A DNA stretch of 62,370 nucleotides, filler included, from 6 parts of 6 records of this genome joined end to end with filler, not necessarily neighbours in it, one strand, 5' to 3'; shown: positions 50,248 through 61,122, counted from the whole stretch's first letter. Program-made: numbers and translations. The notes: generated by a model from the sequence alone, not told the origin.

Positions 50248-51755
50248 TAACGCCCGCTGCAGGAATCTCGGCGGTGCCAAGCACGTATCCGGCTTCGTCA
50301 TGTGCAGGTGTCAGGGTGGCTGGGCCAGCATTGTAGTTGACGTAGACACGCAGGCCGTCGCGGGTGCGGCAGCGCACGCCCGCTGGCAGGTTCAATGTCA
50401 CCAGATCGGCCTCGGCGATCAGATAGTCGACCACGCGATGGACGAGTGCCTTGGTGCCGGTGCCGCCCAGATAATAGAGCTTGCCCTGATTGACCAGAAC
50501 CGGCCAACCTTCGGTGTCCTCGATGACCACATTTGCCTTGGTCTCGATGCGTTCGCGCCAGTGGTGGACCGAGCCACTGCCTTTGACCTCGATTTCGAGC
50601 GACGGATCAATGCTGTCGATGCGCAGCACCTTGAGGTCGAGCAGATTGCTTGGCAGATCGGGCGCCAGCCTGGGCGGGATGGCGAAATTCTGCGTCTTGG
50701 AGCCAGAGCGCGGACCGATCAGCAGGTGGCCATCAAATTCGCTGATTGCCGTGCGCAGCTCGTCATTCCAGGCAAACAGGGCCGGGATAGCAATAATGTC
50801 GTAGCCGGCAAAGCTAGTGGTGCTGGGTGGTAGAATATCGATATCCAGCCCGTGACGGCGGAAGGCCGCATAGAGCGCCCGCACATGGGCGCCATGCGTG
50901 AAGCCCTTGGCCTGCGGTTGAACGTCCCAGGCCCATTCGCTCTGATAGTCATAGACGAGGCCGACGCGTCCCTTGCTGGCGGCGCCCGTAATGCCGATCG
51001 ACTTGAGTTCCTGCGCGACCTGAAGGGCTTCATGGTAAGCGGGAGCAGGTTCGCTGTCGGGGCGCAAGAGGCCGGCATGCATCTGTTCCTGCGCAAAGGG
51101 TGCCTGGCGCCAGCGGAAATAGGAAACAACCTCCGCGCCATGGGCAAAGGCTTCCCACGCCCAGAGACGCGCCATGCCGGGCAAGGGATCGGGATTGAAA
51201 TCGGCCCAGTTCACCGGACCGGGCTGCTGCTCCATGATCCACCAGCGGCCGTGACCAACGGTGCGGTAGAGATCGTGGTGGAATGCCTGATAGTCGGGTT
51301 CACCCTGGCGCAGATACTGGCGCTTGACCTCTTCGGGCTCGGTGCTAACAGCGAGATGGCCAATCGGGTAAGCGTCCCAGGCCGCCACATCAAGGGATTT
51401 GGCAACGTCATAGTGGTCGAATTCGGTATAGCGGCCCATGAAGTTATGGATGACCGGCAGGTCGGGGCGCTTGGCTTTGAGGATGTCGTACTGCACCTTG
51501 TTGAAGGCGGCGACCTGATCTGATGCGTAGCGCCGATAGTCCAGGTCATGGGCGGGCGCTGGTTCGCAGACCAGAAGATTGGGGAGTTCGACCTGATCGA
51601 AGCGGTTGTATTCCATGGACCAAAACACATTGCCCCATGCCTCGTTCAAGGCTTCGACCGTGCCGTATTTTTCGGCCAGCCAGCGCTGAAACCCAACCTT
51701 TGCGGCGGGCGAATAGGAATAGGTGGTGCCGTGGCAGCCATATTCATTGTCGGTC
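50219..51755 (-). CDS. Beta-galactosidase, GH42 (5' truncated by gap)
   Basis: DNEYGCH near the gap; NEAWGNVFWS, HNFM, WDAYP, MEQQPGPVNW, YFRWR, EQMHAG. Confidence 0.95.
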
Positions 51756-51855
51756 NNNNNNNNNNNNNNNNNNNNNNNNNNNNNNNNNNNNNNNNNNNNT
51801 TAATTAATTAANNNNNNNNNNNNNNNNNNNNNNNNNNNNNNNNNNNNNNNNNNNN
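51756..51855. other. Artificial contig spacer
   Basis: N-run + TTAATTAATTAA + N-run. Confidence 0.99.
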
Positions 51856-52417
51856 CCTGCACAAGACCATTCGCGGCTCCGACCCGGATGCGGCGCTTTA
51901 TTACTTCGCGCGCATGCTCGATGCGGGGGAAGACCCGCTGTTCCTGGCGCGTCGCCTGATCCGAATGGCGTCGGAAGATATCGGGCTGGCCGACCCGCAG
52001 GCGCTGACCCTGGCGGTGGCGGCCCGCGACGCCTATCAGATGCTCGGGTCGCCTGAAGGCGAGCTCTCGCTGGCGCAGGTGGTGGTCTATCTGGCCCTCG
52101 CGCCCAAATCGAACGCGGTCTATACCGCCTACAAGGCGGCTGTGTCTGTTGCCAAGGCAACCGGGTCGCCAATGCCGCCCAAAGTCATTCTCAATGCTCC
52201 CACCAAGATGATGAAGGGGCAGGGCTATGGCGACGGTTACATTTACGACCACGATACGCCCGACGCCTTTTCGGGGCAGGAGTATTTCCCGGAAAAGATT
52301 GGGCGACAGGATTTCTATCATCCTGTCGAGCGCGGGTTCGAGCGTGATCTGCGCAAGCGGATGGACTATTTCGCCCGGCTTCGCGTGACAAAAAGCAGTT
52401 CTGGTAGCGAGGGTTAG
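51856..52417 (+). CDS. rarA: Replication-associated recombination protein A (5' truncated)
   Basis: LHKTIRGSDPDAALYY, ASEDIGLADP, APKSNAVY, NAPTKMMK.GYG.GY.YDHD. Confidence 0.96.
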
Positions 52418-52420
52418 ACG

Positions 52421-52804
52421 ATGCAGGCTGTTCTACTCGTCGGCGCCGGCGGCGCCCTTGGGGCCATGGCGCGCTATGGTGTCTCAGTCGCGGTAGGGCG
52501 GCTTTGGCCCATGAGCTTTCCGCTCGGGACACTGGCCGTCAACGTCATCGGCTCGACGGTGATGGGCCTGCTGATTGGCGTCCTGGCGCGCACGACGCCG
52601 CAAATGTCCAACGAGATCAGGCTGTTCGTTGCCATCGGCATTCTAGGCGGCTTTACCACCTTCTCGTCCTTCTCGCTCGATACCATCGCCCTGATGGAGC
52701 GCGGGGCATTGACGCAGGCGATGCTCTATATCGCGTTGTCGGTTGTGGTTTGCCTCGCCGGGCTATATCTCGGGCTGCTTGTAACGAGAGGCGGCGCAGC
52801 ATGA
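52421..52804 (+). CDS. crcB: Fluoride efflux channel Fluc
   Basis: GGALGAMARY, FPLGTL.VN, GILGGFTTFSSF. Confidence 0.97.
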   Translation: MQAVLLVGAGGALGAMARYGVSVAVGRLWPMSFPLGTLAVNVIGSTVMGLLIGVLARTTPQMSNEIRLFVAIGILGGFTTFSSFSLDTIALMERGALTQAMLYIALSVVVCLAGLYLGLLVTRGGAA

Positions 52805-53790
52805 GTGGCGTACAACATCGCGATGTAACGGCGGACGACGACGGGATGCGGCTTGATCGCTGGTTTGCCCGGCACTTTCCGCAGCTTGGTTTTGCGCGAC
52901 TGCAAAAGCTTATTCGCAATGGCGAGGTGCGCGTCGACAAGGGTCGGGTGCAGACCAGCACGCGTCTGGCCGAGGGGCAGATTGTCCGCGTTCCGCCGAT
53001 TGATGATCCGGACACCGTCCGTGCGTTCAAGCCGAACCTCGAAGATGTCAGGTTTCTCAAGGACCTGATCCTCTATGAGGATGACGACCTCTACGTCTTC
53101 AACAAGCCCCATGGCCTTGCCGTGCAGGGCGGCAGCGGCACGGTCCGGCATATGGACGGACTGTTGAAGAACTTGCCCAACAAGGCTGGTGAGGCGCCGC
53201 GCCTCGTGCACCGGCTGGACCGCGACACGTCCGGCTGCCTTGTCGTGGCCAAGACGGCGGCGGCGGCAAAGCACTTCGGGTCCGTGTTCCGGTCGCGTTC
53301 CGCGCGCAAGATCTATTGGGCAATCGTTGCGGGCAATCCGTCGCCACGGCAGGGTGAGATTTCCTGCTTTCTGGCCAAGCAGGCCACGACCGACGGCGAG
53401 CAGATGGTTGTGGTGCGCAATGGCGCGCCTGGTGCCGTGCATTCGTCGAGCTATTATTCCACCACTGATACTGCGAGCCGGCGCTTCGCCTGGGTGACGC
53501 TGAAGCCGGTAACGGGCCGGACCCACCAGTTGCGCGTGCATATGGCCCAGCTCGGCACGCCGATCATCGACGATCCGCGCTATTTCAACATCGAGAACTG
53601 GCAGGCGGCGCCGGGGCTGGGCGAGGGTTTGCACCTGCATGCCCGGCGTATCGCGTTGCCCCTGCGCAATGGCAAGAAGATCGATATCTCCGCGCCGCTG
53701 CCGCCGCATATGCGGCAGAGCTTTGAAGCCCTCGGCTTCGACCCGGATCGCTATGATGCACAAAATACAGATCCGGAGTCCGGGGCGTGA
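52801..53790 (+). CDS. RluA-family 23S rRNA pseudouridine synthase with S4 domain (RluC-like)
   Basis: RLDRW, NKPHGLAVQGG, HRLDRDTSG, TGRTHQLRVH, LHLHA. Confidence 0.95.
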   Translation: MSGVQHRDVTADDDGMRLDRWFARHFPQLGFARLQKLIRNGEVRVDKGRVQTSTRLAEGQIVRVPPIDDPDTVRAFKPNLEDVRFLKDLILYEDDDLYVFNKPHGLAVQGGSGTVRHMDGLLKNLPNKAGEAPRLVHRLDRDTSGCLVVAKTAAAAKHFGSVFRSRSARKIYWAIVAGNPSPRQGEISCFLAKQATTDGEQMVVVRNGAPGAVHSSSYYSTTDTASRRFAWVTLKPVTGRTHQLRVHMAQLGTPIIDDPRYFNIENWQAAPGLGEGLHLHARRIALPLRNGKKIDISAPLPPHMRQSFEALGFDPDRYDAQNTDPESGA

Positions 53791-54452
53791 AACTTGTCAT
53801 GTTCGACATGGACGGCACGCTGATCGACACGCAGGCGCTGATTGCCGAGCACATGGCGACAACCTTTGCAGAGGCGGGCCTGGATGTCCCTGGGCCAGGC
53901 GCGGTGCGCAGGATCATTGGACTGTCCCTGCCCAAGGCAATGCTGCAATTGCTCGGCCGGGACGATCACGACCTCGCCGAGCGGCTGTCCGAACGGTACC
54001 GCGCGCATTATCGCGGGTCACTGGTGGCTGCCGAGGGGCGCGAAGGCCTGTTTCCGGGGGCGCGCGAAGCCCTTGAGCACCTTTCCGCGCAATCCGAGGT
54101 CGTCATGGGGATTGCGACCGGCAAGGGCTTGCACGGCGTTCATCGGCTGACACAATTGCACAATATCGCCCACCATTTCGTGACCTTGCAGACCCCGGAC
54201 AATAATCCATCCAAGCCTCATCCGGGGATGATGCTGCAGGCTATGGCCGAGACCGGTGCGGAAAAGCACCGCACCGTCATCATCGGCGACACGACATTCG
54301 ACATGGAAATGGGCAAGGCCGCCGGCACTAGGACCATAGGGGTCACTTGGGGATACCATGACGCAGTTGAACTGCGCGGCGCAGGGGCCGATATGCTGAT
54401 CGAAGGCTACGAGGACCTTCCGGCGGCGATAGACAGCATTCTGGAGAACTGA
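53787..54452 (+). CDS. HAD-IA family hydrolase
   Basis: FDMDGTL, ATGK, SKPHP, IGDTTFD. Confidence 0.95.
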   Translation: MKLVMFDMDGTLIDTQALIAEHMATTFAEAGLDVPGPGAVRRIIGLSLPKAMLQLLGRDDHDLAERLSERYRAHYRGSLVAAEGREGLFPGAREALEHLSAQSEVVMGIATGKGLHGVHRLTQLHNIAHHFVTLQTPDNNPSKPHPGMMLQAMAETGAEKHRTVIIGDTTFDMEMGKAAGTRTIGVTWGYHDAVELRGAGADMLIEGYEDLPAAIDSILEN

Positions 54453-54453
54453 A

Positions 54454-55230
54454 ATGCGAGACCAGCTTGAAGAAGCGCTCCGGCACCAGGATGCCGGCTA
54501 CGGGCGCGCGCAGCACCTGAACAGGGTGGAACTGCCCAAGCGGTTCTACAAGTCCGTCGATGTCGCGCGTAGCGAAGATGGCTATGCGGTGACGCTTGAC
54601 GGTCGCCCCGTTCGAACGCCGGGCAAGAAGATCCCCATCGTCTTGCCGGTCCTCGATCTGGCTCAACATAAGGCGGAAGAATGGGCGGCACAGGGAGAGT
54701 TCATCGACCCGGCCACCATGCCGATGACGCGGCTGATCAACTCGGCGGTCGAGAGCGGCGAGGAAATGATCCCGGCGTTCCGCGCTGAAGTCGGCAAGTT
54801 CGCAGCCAATGATCTGCTGCTGTACCGCGCCGATTCCCCCCAGGAACTGGTAGTCGAGCAGGAGCGGGTCTGGGACGGCGCCTTGGTAAAGCTGGCGCGC
54901 AAGTTCGACGTCGCCTTTCAGCCGACCATCGGCATTATTCACCAGCCCCAGCCGGCGGCGACGCTTGAAAAGCTGGATGCCGCGCTTGAGGGGCAGGGCT
55001 TGCTCAGCCTGACCGCACTGGTGTCTGTCACCGGGATCACCGGATCGGGCCTGTTGGCCTTGGCCTTGCTGCACGAGCTGATGGATGCCGACGCGGTCTG
55101 GTTCGCCGCCCATGTCGATGAGGATCACCAGATCCGGCTTTGGGGCGAGGACGAAGAGGCCATGGAGCGTCGCGCCAAAAGACGGGTGGAGTTCGACATC
55201 GCCGTTCGGGTCGTCGACGCGCTACGTTAG
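54454..55230 (+). CDS. ATP12-family chaperone
   Basis: PKRFYK, LDGRPVRTP, EWAAQ, MPMTRL.N, DLLLYRA, WGEDEEA. Confidence 0.93.
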   Translation: MRDQLEEALRHQDAGYGRAQHLNRVELPKRFYKSVDVARSEDGYAVTLDGRPVRTPGKKIPIVLPVLDLAQHKAEEWAAQGEFIDPATMPMTRLINSAVESGEEMIPAFRAEVGKFAANDLLLYRADSPQELVVEQERVWDGALVKLARKFDVAFQPTIGIIHQPQPAATLEKLDAALEGQGLLSLTALVSVTGITGSGLLALALLHELMDADAVWFAAHVDEDHQIRLWGEDEEAMERRAKRRVEFDIAVRVVDALR

Positions 55231-55661
55231 ACTTGCCGACCGGCGATCCAGTCGGCCGTTTCCGGTGATATTTCGCGCAAGGGATCCAGCACGAAATCGC
55301 GCTCATGGGCGAAGCGGTGCGGCAGGATGAGCTTGGTCGAGTCCATCTCGACCCGCTCATAGGCGATGATGTCGATGTCAATCAGGCGCGGCCCCCACAC
55401 CTCGTGGCGCACCCGGCCCATCTCGCGTTCGATGTCGAGGCAGGCATGCAGCAAGTCGACGGGCAACAGATCGGTTTCGACCGTTGCGGCCATATTGGCG
55501 AAATCGGGCTGGTCGGTCTTGCCCCAGGCCTTGGTGCGGATGACGGTCGACTGGGCGACCACACTGATTGCCTGATGTGCGTTGAGCCGGGTTATGGCAT
55601 CAGCCAGTTGCGCGGCAGGGTCACCGATATTGGCGCCCAGGGAGAGCCAGGCCGTCGGCAT
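55227..55661 (-). CDS. folK: 2-amino-4-hydroxy-6-hydroxymethyldihydropteridine diphosphokinase
   Basis: LSLGANIG, QPDFAN, WGPRLIDIDI, LPH...RDFVL.PL. Confidence 0.96.
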   Translation of the reverse strand: MPTAWLSLGANIGDPAAQLADAITRLNAHQAISVVAQSTVIRTKAWGKTDQPDFANMAATVETDLLPVDLLHACLDIEREMGRVRHEVWGPRLIDIDIIAYERVEMDSTKLILPHRFAHERDFVLDPLREISPETADWIAGRQV

Positions 55662-56044
55662 CAGACCGGCCTCACGCGGTGCAACTCTATTGCCGCTTCG
55701 CCCCGCACCATGGCGATCGGCGCCTCGGGCTTCCGCACCCGCACGATCACCCAGTCGATATCGCTGAACGCCTCGAACAGGGCCGTGCAGATATTCTGGG
55801 CCAGGGCCTCGATGAGCTTGGTGCGCTTCGTCTCGAACGTTGTCTTCACCACATCGTAGATGTCGGCATAGGACACGGTGTGGCCGATCTCGTCGGTGTT
55901 GCCGGGGGCGGCAAGGTCGACGCCGCATTGCAGGTCAATGAAGAAGCGTTGCCCGAGCTTTGCTTCTTCATTGAACAGGCCATGATAGCCGTAAAATCCC
56001 AGATCATTGAGGATAATGCGGTCGCCGGAAAAGGGTGTGGTCAT
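55661..56044 (-). CDS. folB: Dihydroneopterin aldolase
   Basis: FYGYHG...E..LGQRF, TVSY, LIEALA, VRKPEAP. Confidence 0.96.
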   Translation of the reverse strand: MTTPFSGDRIILNDLGFYGYHGLFNEEAKLGQRFFIDLQCGVDLAAPGNTDEIGHTVSYADIYDVVKTTFETKRTKLIEALAQNICTALFEAFSDIDWVIVRVRKPEAPIAMVRGEAAIELHRVRPV

Positions 56045-56054
56045 CAATTGGGCC

Positions 56055-56906
56055 TCAGTTCTGCGGCGGACCGTACAACGTCGCTTCGGCCACGCGAAGG
56101 GCGTCGCGATTGGGCGCGACATCATGGACGCGGAAAATGTGCCCGCCGCGCTCATAGCCCTGAACTGTGGTGGCCAGGGTTCCAGCGAGCCGTTCGGATG
56201 GCTGGTTGTCGAGCAATTTTCCGATCATAGATTTGCGCGAGGTTCCAACCAGTGTGGCGTTGCTCGGGAATGCATGAGTCAGATCAGTGAATTGGCGGAG
56301 GATGCTGTAGTTCTGAGTCAAGGTCTTGGTGAAGCCGAAGCCAGGATCAAGGATGATGCGGAACGCTTCGATGTCGGCCCGTGCGGCGATGGCCAGGGTG
56401 TTCTGGAAGTAACTGGACATGGCGGGAATGGGATCGGTTTCGGCCGTCCAGTCGCGATCCCAATGCATGGCGATGACCGGGGCATCGAAGAGGGCCGCGA
56501 TCTCGGCCATTTCCGGGGCGCCTTGCAGGCCATTAACGTCGTTGATGATGTCGGCGCCGGCCTCCAGGGCCTGATGGGCGACGAGTGGCTTCATGGTGTC
56601 GATGGAAATCGGTGTGGCAATGCCTGCAGCGCGAATGGCGTCGATGACAGGCAGGACCCGGTCGAGTTCCTCCTGCACCCCCACCGCTTCCGCACCGGGG
56701 CGGGTGCTTTCCCCGCCAATATCGAGAATGTCGGCCCCCTCAGTCAGTATTTTTCGCGCATGGGTCAGGGCCGCATCGACGGCATTGTGGGCGCCGCCAT
56801 CTGAAAAGCTGTCCGGGGTGACGTTGAGAATGCCCATGACAAGGGCACGTCGGCCGAGGACCAGCGGCGGGCGGTGCGCCAGGCGAATCGTGTGGGTCGT
56901 GTGCAT
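56055..56906 (-). CDS. folP: Dihydropteroate synthase
   Basis: MGILNVTPDSFSDGG, GGESTRPG, DPGFGF, SRKS, RVHDV. Confidence 0.97.
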   Translation of the reverse strand: MHTTHTIRLAHRPPLVLGRRALVMGILNVTPDSFSDGGAHNAVDAALTHARKILTEGADILDIGGESTRPGAEAVGVQEELDRVLPVIDAIRAAGIATPISIDTMKPLVAHQALEAGADIINDVNGLQGAPEMAEIAALFDAPVIAMHWDRDWTAETDPIPAMSSYFQNTLAIAARADIEAFRIILDPGFGFTKTLTQNYSILRQFTDLTHAFPSNATLVGTSRKSMIGKLLDNQPSERLAGTLATTVQGYERGGHIFRVHDVAPNRDALRVAEATLYGPPQN

Positions 56907-57081
56907 CAGCTGGCCTTGGATCTATGTACCCTCTAGCCGATTCCACGACAGGCCGGGGTAGAAACTGGATAGACGGAAACCCGCATTTGGAAGATCAGGT
57001 ACACGCCCGGCCAATTCCGCAGTCACAGGATAGCCGAGGTTTCGGCATGGGGGATAGACACAAGTGCCTGTGCCGAACGCC

Positions 57082-57891
57082 TCATCCGTGGCGCCGGGCC
57101 TCCAGCGCAGATTTCAGCACCAGGGTCACCACAGCGATCAGCGTCAGGGTTGATGCGGCGGCGAAGGCGCCGGTGACGTTGAAGTCGTTGAACAGCAAAT
57201 TGATCTGCAAGGGCAGGGTGTTGGTCTGGCCGCGAATGGCGCCAGAGACCACCGAGACGGCGCCGAACTCGCCCATGACCCGGGCATTGGTCAGGACGGC
57301 GCCATAGACCATGGCCCAGGAGATGTTGGGCAGGGTAACGAACCAGAACATCTGCCAGCCATTGGCGCCGAGCGAGAGGGCGGCTTCCTCGTCCTCGGTG
57401 CCCTGCTGGCTCATCAGCGGAATGAGCTCCCGGGCGGCAAAGGGGGCCGTCACGAACAGGCTGACCAGCACGATGGCCAGGGGCGTGAACATCACCTGCA
57501 GATTGTTGGCCTGCAGAAAGGGGCCGAGCAGGCCCTGGCCGCCATAGAGGAACAGATAGACCACACCGGCGACGATCGGGCTCATCGAAGCGGGCAGTTC
57601 GATGATGGAAATGAGCAATTGCCGGCCGCGAAAGCGGAACCGGGTGACCAGCCAGGCCAGGGCCGCGCCGACAACGATATTGACCGGCACAACGATGAGG
57701 GCGGTGAGTACCGTCAGCCAGATGGCATGGAGCGTGTTGGGCTCCAGGATATTGGCGACATAAACGCCAAGGCCCTCGCGCAGCGCGAAGGAAAAGATCA
57801 GGACCAGAGGAACGACCAGCACGAAGATCGCCAGGATAATGGCAAGGGTGATCAGGCTGATTTCGCCGGGGGAGCGCTTGGCCATGGTCAT
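57082..57891 (-). CDS. cysW: Sulfate ABC transporter permease
   Basis: EEAALSLGA, NARVMGEFGAVSVVSG.IRGQTNTLPL. Confidence 0.92.
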   Translation of the reverse strand: MTMAKRSPGEISLITLAIILAIFVLVVPLVLIFSFALREGLGVYVANILEPNTLHAIWLTVLTALIVVPVNIVVGAALAWLVTRFRFRGRQLLISIIELPASMSPIVAGVVYLFLYGGQGLLGPFLQANNLQVMFTPLAIVLVSLFVTAPFAARELIPLMSQQGTEDEEAALSLGANGWQMFWFVTLPNISWAMVYGAVLTNARVMGEFGAVSVVSGAIRGQTNTLPLQINLLFNDFNVTGAFAAASTLTLIAVVTLVLKSALEARRHG

Positions 57892-58757
57892 GCGCTCCGG
57901 TCCACATAGCGGGTCTGCCAGGCCGAGAGGGCGTTGGTGGCGACCAGGGTGAGGAAGGCGACGAGGAGGAGAACGAAGGCCAGGGCGGCGGCGGCCTCGT
58001 AGTTATATTCATCCAGCCGGATATAGATGAGAAGGGAGACGATCTCGGTGACGCCGGGGATGTTGCCCGCAATGAAGACGACGGCGCCGAACTCGCCCAA
58101 CGAACGGGCAAAGGAGAGCACACAGCCGCCGATGAAGGCGGGCATGATGGTGGGCCAGACAATCCGGGTGAAGACCTGCCAGCGACTGGCCCCCAGCGTC
58201 TCGGCAGCCGATTCAAGGCTTTGGTCGACTTCTTCGAGCACGGGCTGAACGGAGCGGACGACGAAAGGGATCGAGGTGAAGGCCATGGCAAGGACGATGC
58301 CCAACTGTGTGTAGTTGACCTTGAGCCCGTTGGGCTCGAGCAATTGGCCGTACCAGCCCGTTTCGGCGAACAGGGTCACGAGCACCAGGCCTGCCACCGC
58401 GGTGGGCAGGGCAAAGGGCAGGTCGACCAGGGCGTCGAGAATGCGGCGGCCAGGAAAGCGATAGCGGGTCAGTACCCAGGCGAGCAGCAGGCCGACGGTG
58501 CCATTGATCAGCGTGGCGTAGAAAGCCGAGGAAAAGGTGATCTGATAGGCGGCAATGGCGCGGCGGGACGAGATGATGCGCCAGAATTCGGGCAGGCCCA
58601 TACCGGCGACCTTGAGCAGCATGGCAGAGATGGGCAGCAGGATGATGAGCGTGATGTAGAAGAGCGAGACGCCCATGGTCAGCCCGAAACCGGGCAGCAG
58701 GTGTTTGCTGTGCTTGCGTGCCATGTGCTTCCCCCAAACGGCAGGCGACGCGGTCAT
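57888..58757 (-). CDS. cysT: Sulfate ABC transporter permease (start may be 58724)
   Basis: LPGFGL, DLPFALPTAVAG, PFVVRSVQP, FARSLGEFGAV. Confidence 0.94.
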   Translation of the reverse strand: MTASPAVWGKHMARKHSKHLLPGFGLTMGVSLFYITLIILLPISAMLLKVAGMGLPEFWRIISSRRAIAAYQITFSSAFYATLINGTVGLLLAWVLTRYRFPGRRILDALVDLPFALPTAVAGLVLVTLFAETGWYGQLLEPNGLKVNYTQLGIVLAMAFTSIPFVVRSVQPVLEEVDQSLESAAETLGASRWQVFTRIVWPTIMPAFIGGCVLSFARSLGEFGAVVFIAGNIPGVTEIVSLLIYIRLDEYNYEAAAALAFVLLLVAFLTLVATNALSAWQTRYVDRSA

Positions 58758-58790
58758 GCCGCGTCGCCGGAGCTCTGATCTAGGCCAGTT

Positions 58791-59789
58791 TCACTGGTTC
58801 ACGAAGACCTGGTCGAGCAGGCCGCCTTCAGCGAAGTGTTCTTCGGAGACCTTGGCCCAGCCACCGAATGCGTCGTCGACATTGACCAGGCGCACATCGG
58901 GGAAACGGTCGGCGAACTCGGCGGCGACGGCTTCGTTGTTGACGCGGTGGTTGCGGCCGGCGGCGATGCGCTGGCCTTCCTCGGAATAGAGGAAATCGAG
59001 ATAGGCCTGGGCCAGGTCGCGGCTGCCGCGATTGTCGACGACCTTGTCAACGATGGCGACGGGGAACTCGGCCAACAGGCTGACGGAGGGCACCACGGCC
59101 TCGAATTTGTCGGCGCCAAGCAGGTTCACCGCGCTCAGCACTTCGGCTTCGAAGGTGATCAAGACATCGCCCAGGCCACGCTCGGCAAAGGCGGTGGTGG
59201 CGCCGCGCCCGCCTGTCTCGAAGACGGGGACGTTGAGGAAAACCTTGGTGAGGAAATCGGCCACCTGGGCCTGATCGCCACCAAATTCCTCATTGGCCCA
59301 GGCGCGGGCGGCCAGATAGGTGTAGCGCGCATTGCCTGACGTCTTGGGATTGGGGAAGATCACCGAGACGTCGTCGCGGGCCAGGTCGCGCCAGTCCGTG
59401 ATATTCTTGGGGTTGCCGGCGCGGACCAGGAAGGCGGGCAGCGAATAGAAGGGCGAGGCGCTGTTGGGGAACTCGCTCTGCCAGTCGTCGGAAACAAAGC
59501 CGCCCTCGACGAGCTTTTCGATATCGGTGACCTGATTGAAGGTCACCACATCGGCCGGCAGGCCTTCGAGAATGGCGCGGGCCTGGGTCGAGGTGCCAGC
59601 ATGGGACTGGTTGACAGTGACGGCCACACCATTGGCGGCTTCATAGGCCGGGATGAAGGCGGCGTTCTCTTCCTCGAAAATCTCGCGGGCGATGTCGTAG
59701 GAGGCGTTGAGAAGGTCGGTGGGCTGGGCCAGGGCCGGTGTGGCGACAAGGGCTAGGGCCGCGGCGGCAGAGAGGAAAAGCTTGGTCAT
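58791..59789 (-). CDS. Sulfate/thiosulfate-binding protein (Sbp/CysP family)
   Basis: LLNASYD, QSHAG, FLVRAGNPKNI.DW, PNPKTSGNAR, GGRGATT.F. Confidence 0.95.
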   Translation of the reverse strand: MTKLFLSAAAALALVATPALAQPTDLLNASYDIAREIFEEENAAFIPAYEAANGVAVTVNQSHAGTSTQARAILEGLPADVVTFNQVTDIEKLVEGGFVSDDWQSEFPNSASPFYSLPAFLVRAGNPKNITDWRDLARDDVSVIFPNPKTSGNARYTYLAARAWANEEFGGDQAQVADFLTKVFLNVPVFETGGRGATTAFAERGLGDVLITFEAEVLSAVNLLGADKFEAVVPSVSLLAEFPVAIVDKVVDNRGSRDLAQAYLDFLYSEEGQRIAAGRNHRVNNEAVAAEFADRFPDVRLVNVDDAFGGWAKVSEEHFAEGGLLDQVFVNQ

Positions 59790-59991
59790 CGGACTCAATA
59801 TCCATCGGTTCAGTCGAGTTGCCGATGGTGATGCGATGGCCCTGCATGCGTCGTAAAGCGCTAAATGCTTGCGTCGGATGAGTAATTTACGGTCATGCGG
59901 GTCGCCGGCAAAGACGTTGCGCGGGCCCGGCATTCGGTGACATTTCGTTCCCGAGGGAAGGCGCCGGCCCGGATGGGGCCGGCATAGGTGC

Positions 59992-60243
59992 TTATTTGGC
60001 GACGGCGCGCCCGATCAGGATAATGATGCAGGCGCCGATGAACCCCGCGATCAGATAGCCAAGCCAGCCGCCAAAGGAGATGCCAAGCAGCCCGAAGACC
60101 AGGCTGGCCAGGATGGCGCCGACGATGCCGAGGATGACGTTCATCAACACGCCTCCGCCGGTGTTCATGAACCGGCTGGCGAGCCATCCGGCAAGGCCAC
60201 CAATGATGATGGCCGCAATCCAGCCTACTCCGTCAAAACCCAT
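59992..60243 (-). CDS. GlsB/YeaQ/YmgE (transglycosylase-associated) membrane protein
   Basis: IIIGGLAGWLA...NVILGIVGA...IGACIII; GAGGAGG RBS. Confidence 0.92.
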   Translation of the reverse strand: MGFDGVGWIAAIIIGGLAGWLASRFMNTGGGVLMNVILGIVGAILASLVFGLLGISFGGWLGYLIAGFIGACIIILIGRAVAK

Positions 60244-60381
60244 GTGCTTCCTCCTCGCAGTGAGTCTGTCAACGCCATGAGGGTGTCACAGTGGACGGAA
60301 AAGGCAAGAAGCGTTCGGTTGGGGGCGAAGGGGTCCGGTCGAAGGAGGCTTCCCTGCCGAGCCTTAGCCGATGGTGTCCGT

Positions 60382-61101
60382 CTAGCGCGATAGGTCACGC
60401 ACAGGGCGGACGTGATCCTCGAATGGCACATGGCGTCGCTGAAACGTCGTGCTCTCGTCGATTTGCGGTGCGCTGATCCGGTCCATGCGGAAATGTCGGA
60501 AGGCCTGGCGCGATGGATCCCAGCCGACCAGATACCAGAGAGGCGGCAGGATCAGCATGGCCTGCGGCTCGACGGCACGGCTGGTGACCGCCCCTTTGGA
60601 GTCTCGGTACCGGAAATGCAGGTGCCGCCTTTGCAGGAAAGCCGATTCGAAAGCGGGGAGCAGGGCGGAGTCCATTGTGCCCATATCCGAGATATCGACC
60701 TGCGGCGAAAGCTGCCCGACATACAGACACTCTAGAAACCGGCGCAGGTCGCGTAGTTTGTCAGCCGGCAGTGCGCGCTCGATCTTGGCAAGGCCGGCAT
60801 CGGCGAGCGCTGAAAAAGGCAGGTTTCCTGCGGCGCGCATGGAGGCAACGCTGATGAGAAGCGCAAAGATTTCGGCCACCGAAAGCCGTGCTGTGGTCTG
60901 AACCGATTGTGGGTCCAGTTGCAGGCCGCCGCCGCGACCGGGTTCGGAATGGATGACAAAGCCGGCATCGCGGAGCGCGCTGATATCCCGCAAGACCGTT
61001 CGCCTGGACGCGCCAACTGCCTCCGCTAGGTCAGCGAGCGTTGACGTGCCCGTTCGGCGAAGGCTGCGCACAATGGCGTCTTGTCTGAGGCGAGCGTTCA
61101 T
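60382..61101 (-). CDS. YafY-type HTH-WYL transcriptional regulator
   Basis: LAEAVGASRRTVLRDI, GRGGG, WYLVGWD, RHFRMDRI; short, apparently no WCX domain. Confidence 0.92.
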   Translation of the reverse strand: MNARLRQDAIVRSLRRTGTSTLADLAEAVGASRRTVLRDISALRDAGFVIHSEPGRGGGLQLDPQSVQTTARLSVAEIFALLISVASMRAAGNLPFSALADAGLAKIERALPADKLRDLRRFLECLYVGQLSPQVDISDMGTMDSALLPAFESAFLQRRHLHFRYRDSKGAVTSRAVEPQAMLILPPLWYLVGWDPSRQAFRHFRMDRISAPQIDESTTFQRRHVPFEDHVRPVRDLSR

Positions 61102-61122
61102 CCTGCCATGCTGGCCGTTAAA

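Noticed and set aside
52418..52421. Fluoride riboswitch upstream of crcB
   Set aside because: Only 3 bp separate rarA and crcB
60382..61101. WYL protein as marker of an anti-phage island
   Set aside because: YafY-type regulator flanked by metabolic genes; no nuclease, toxin or other defence gene nearby
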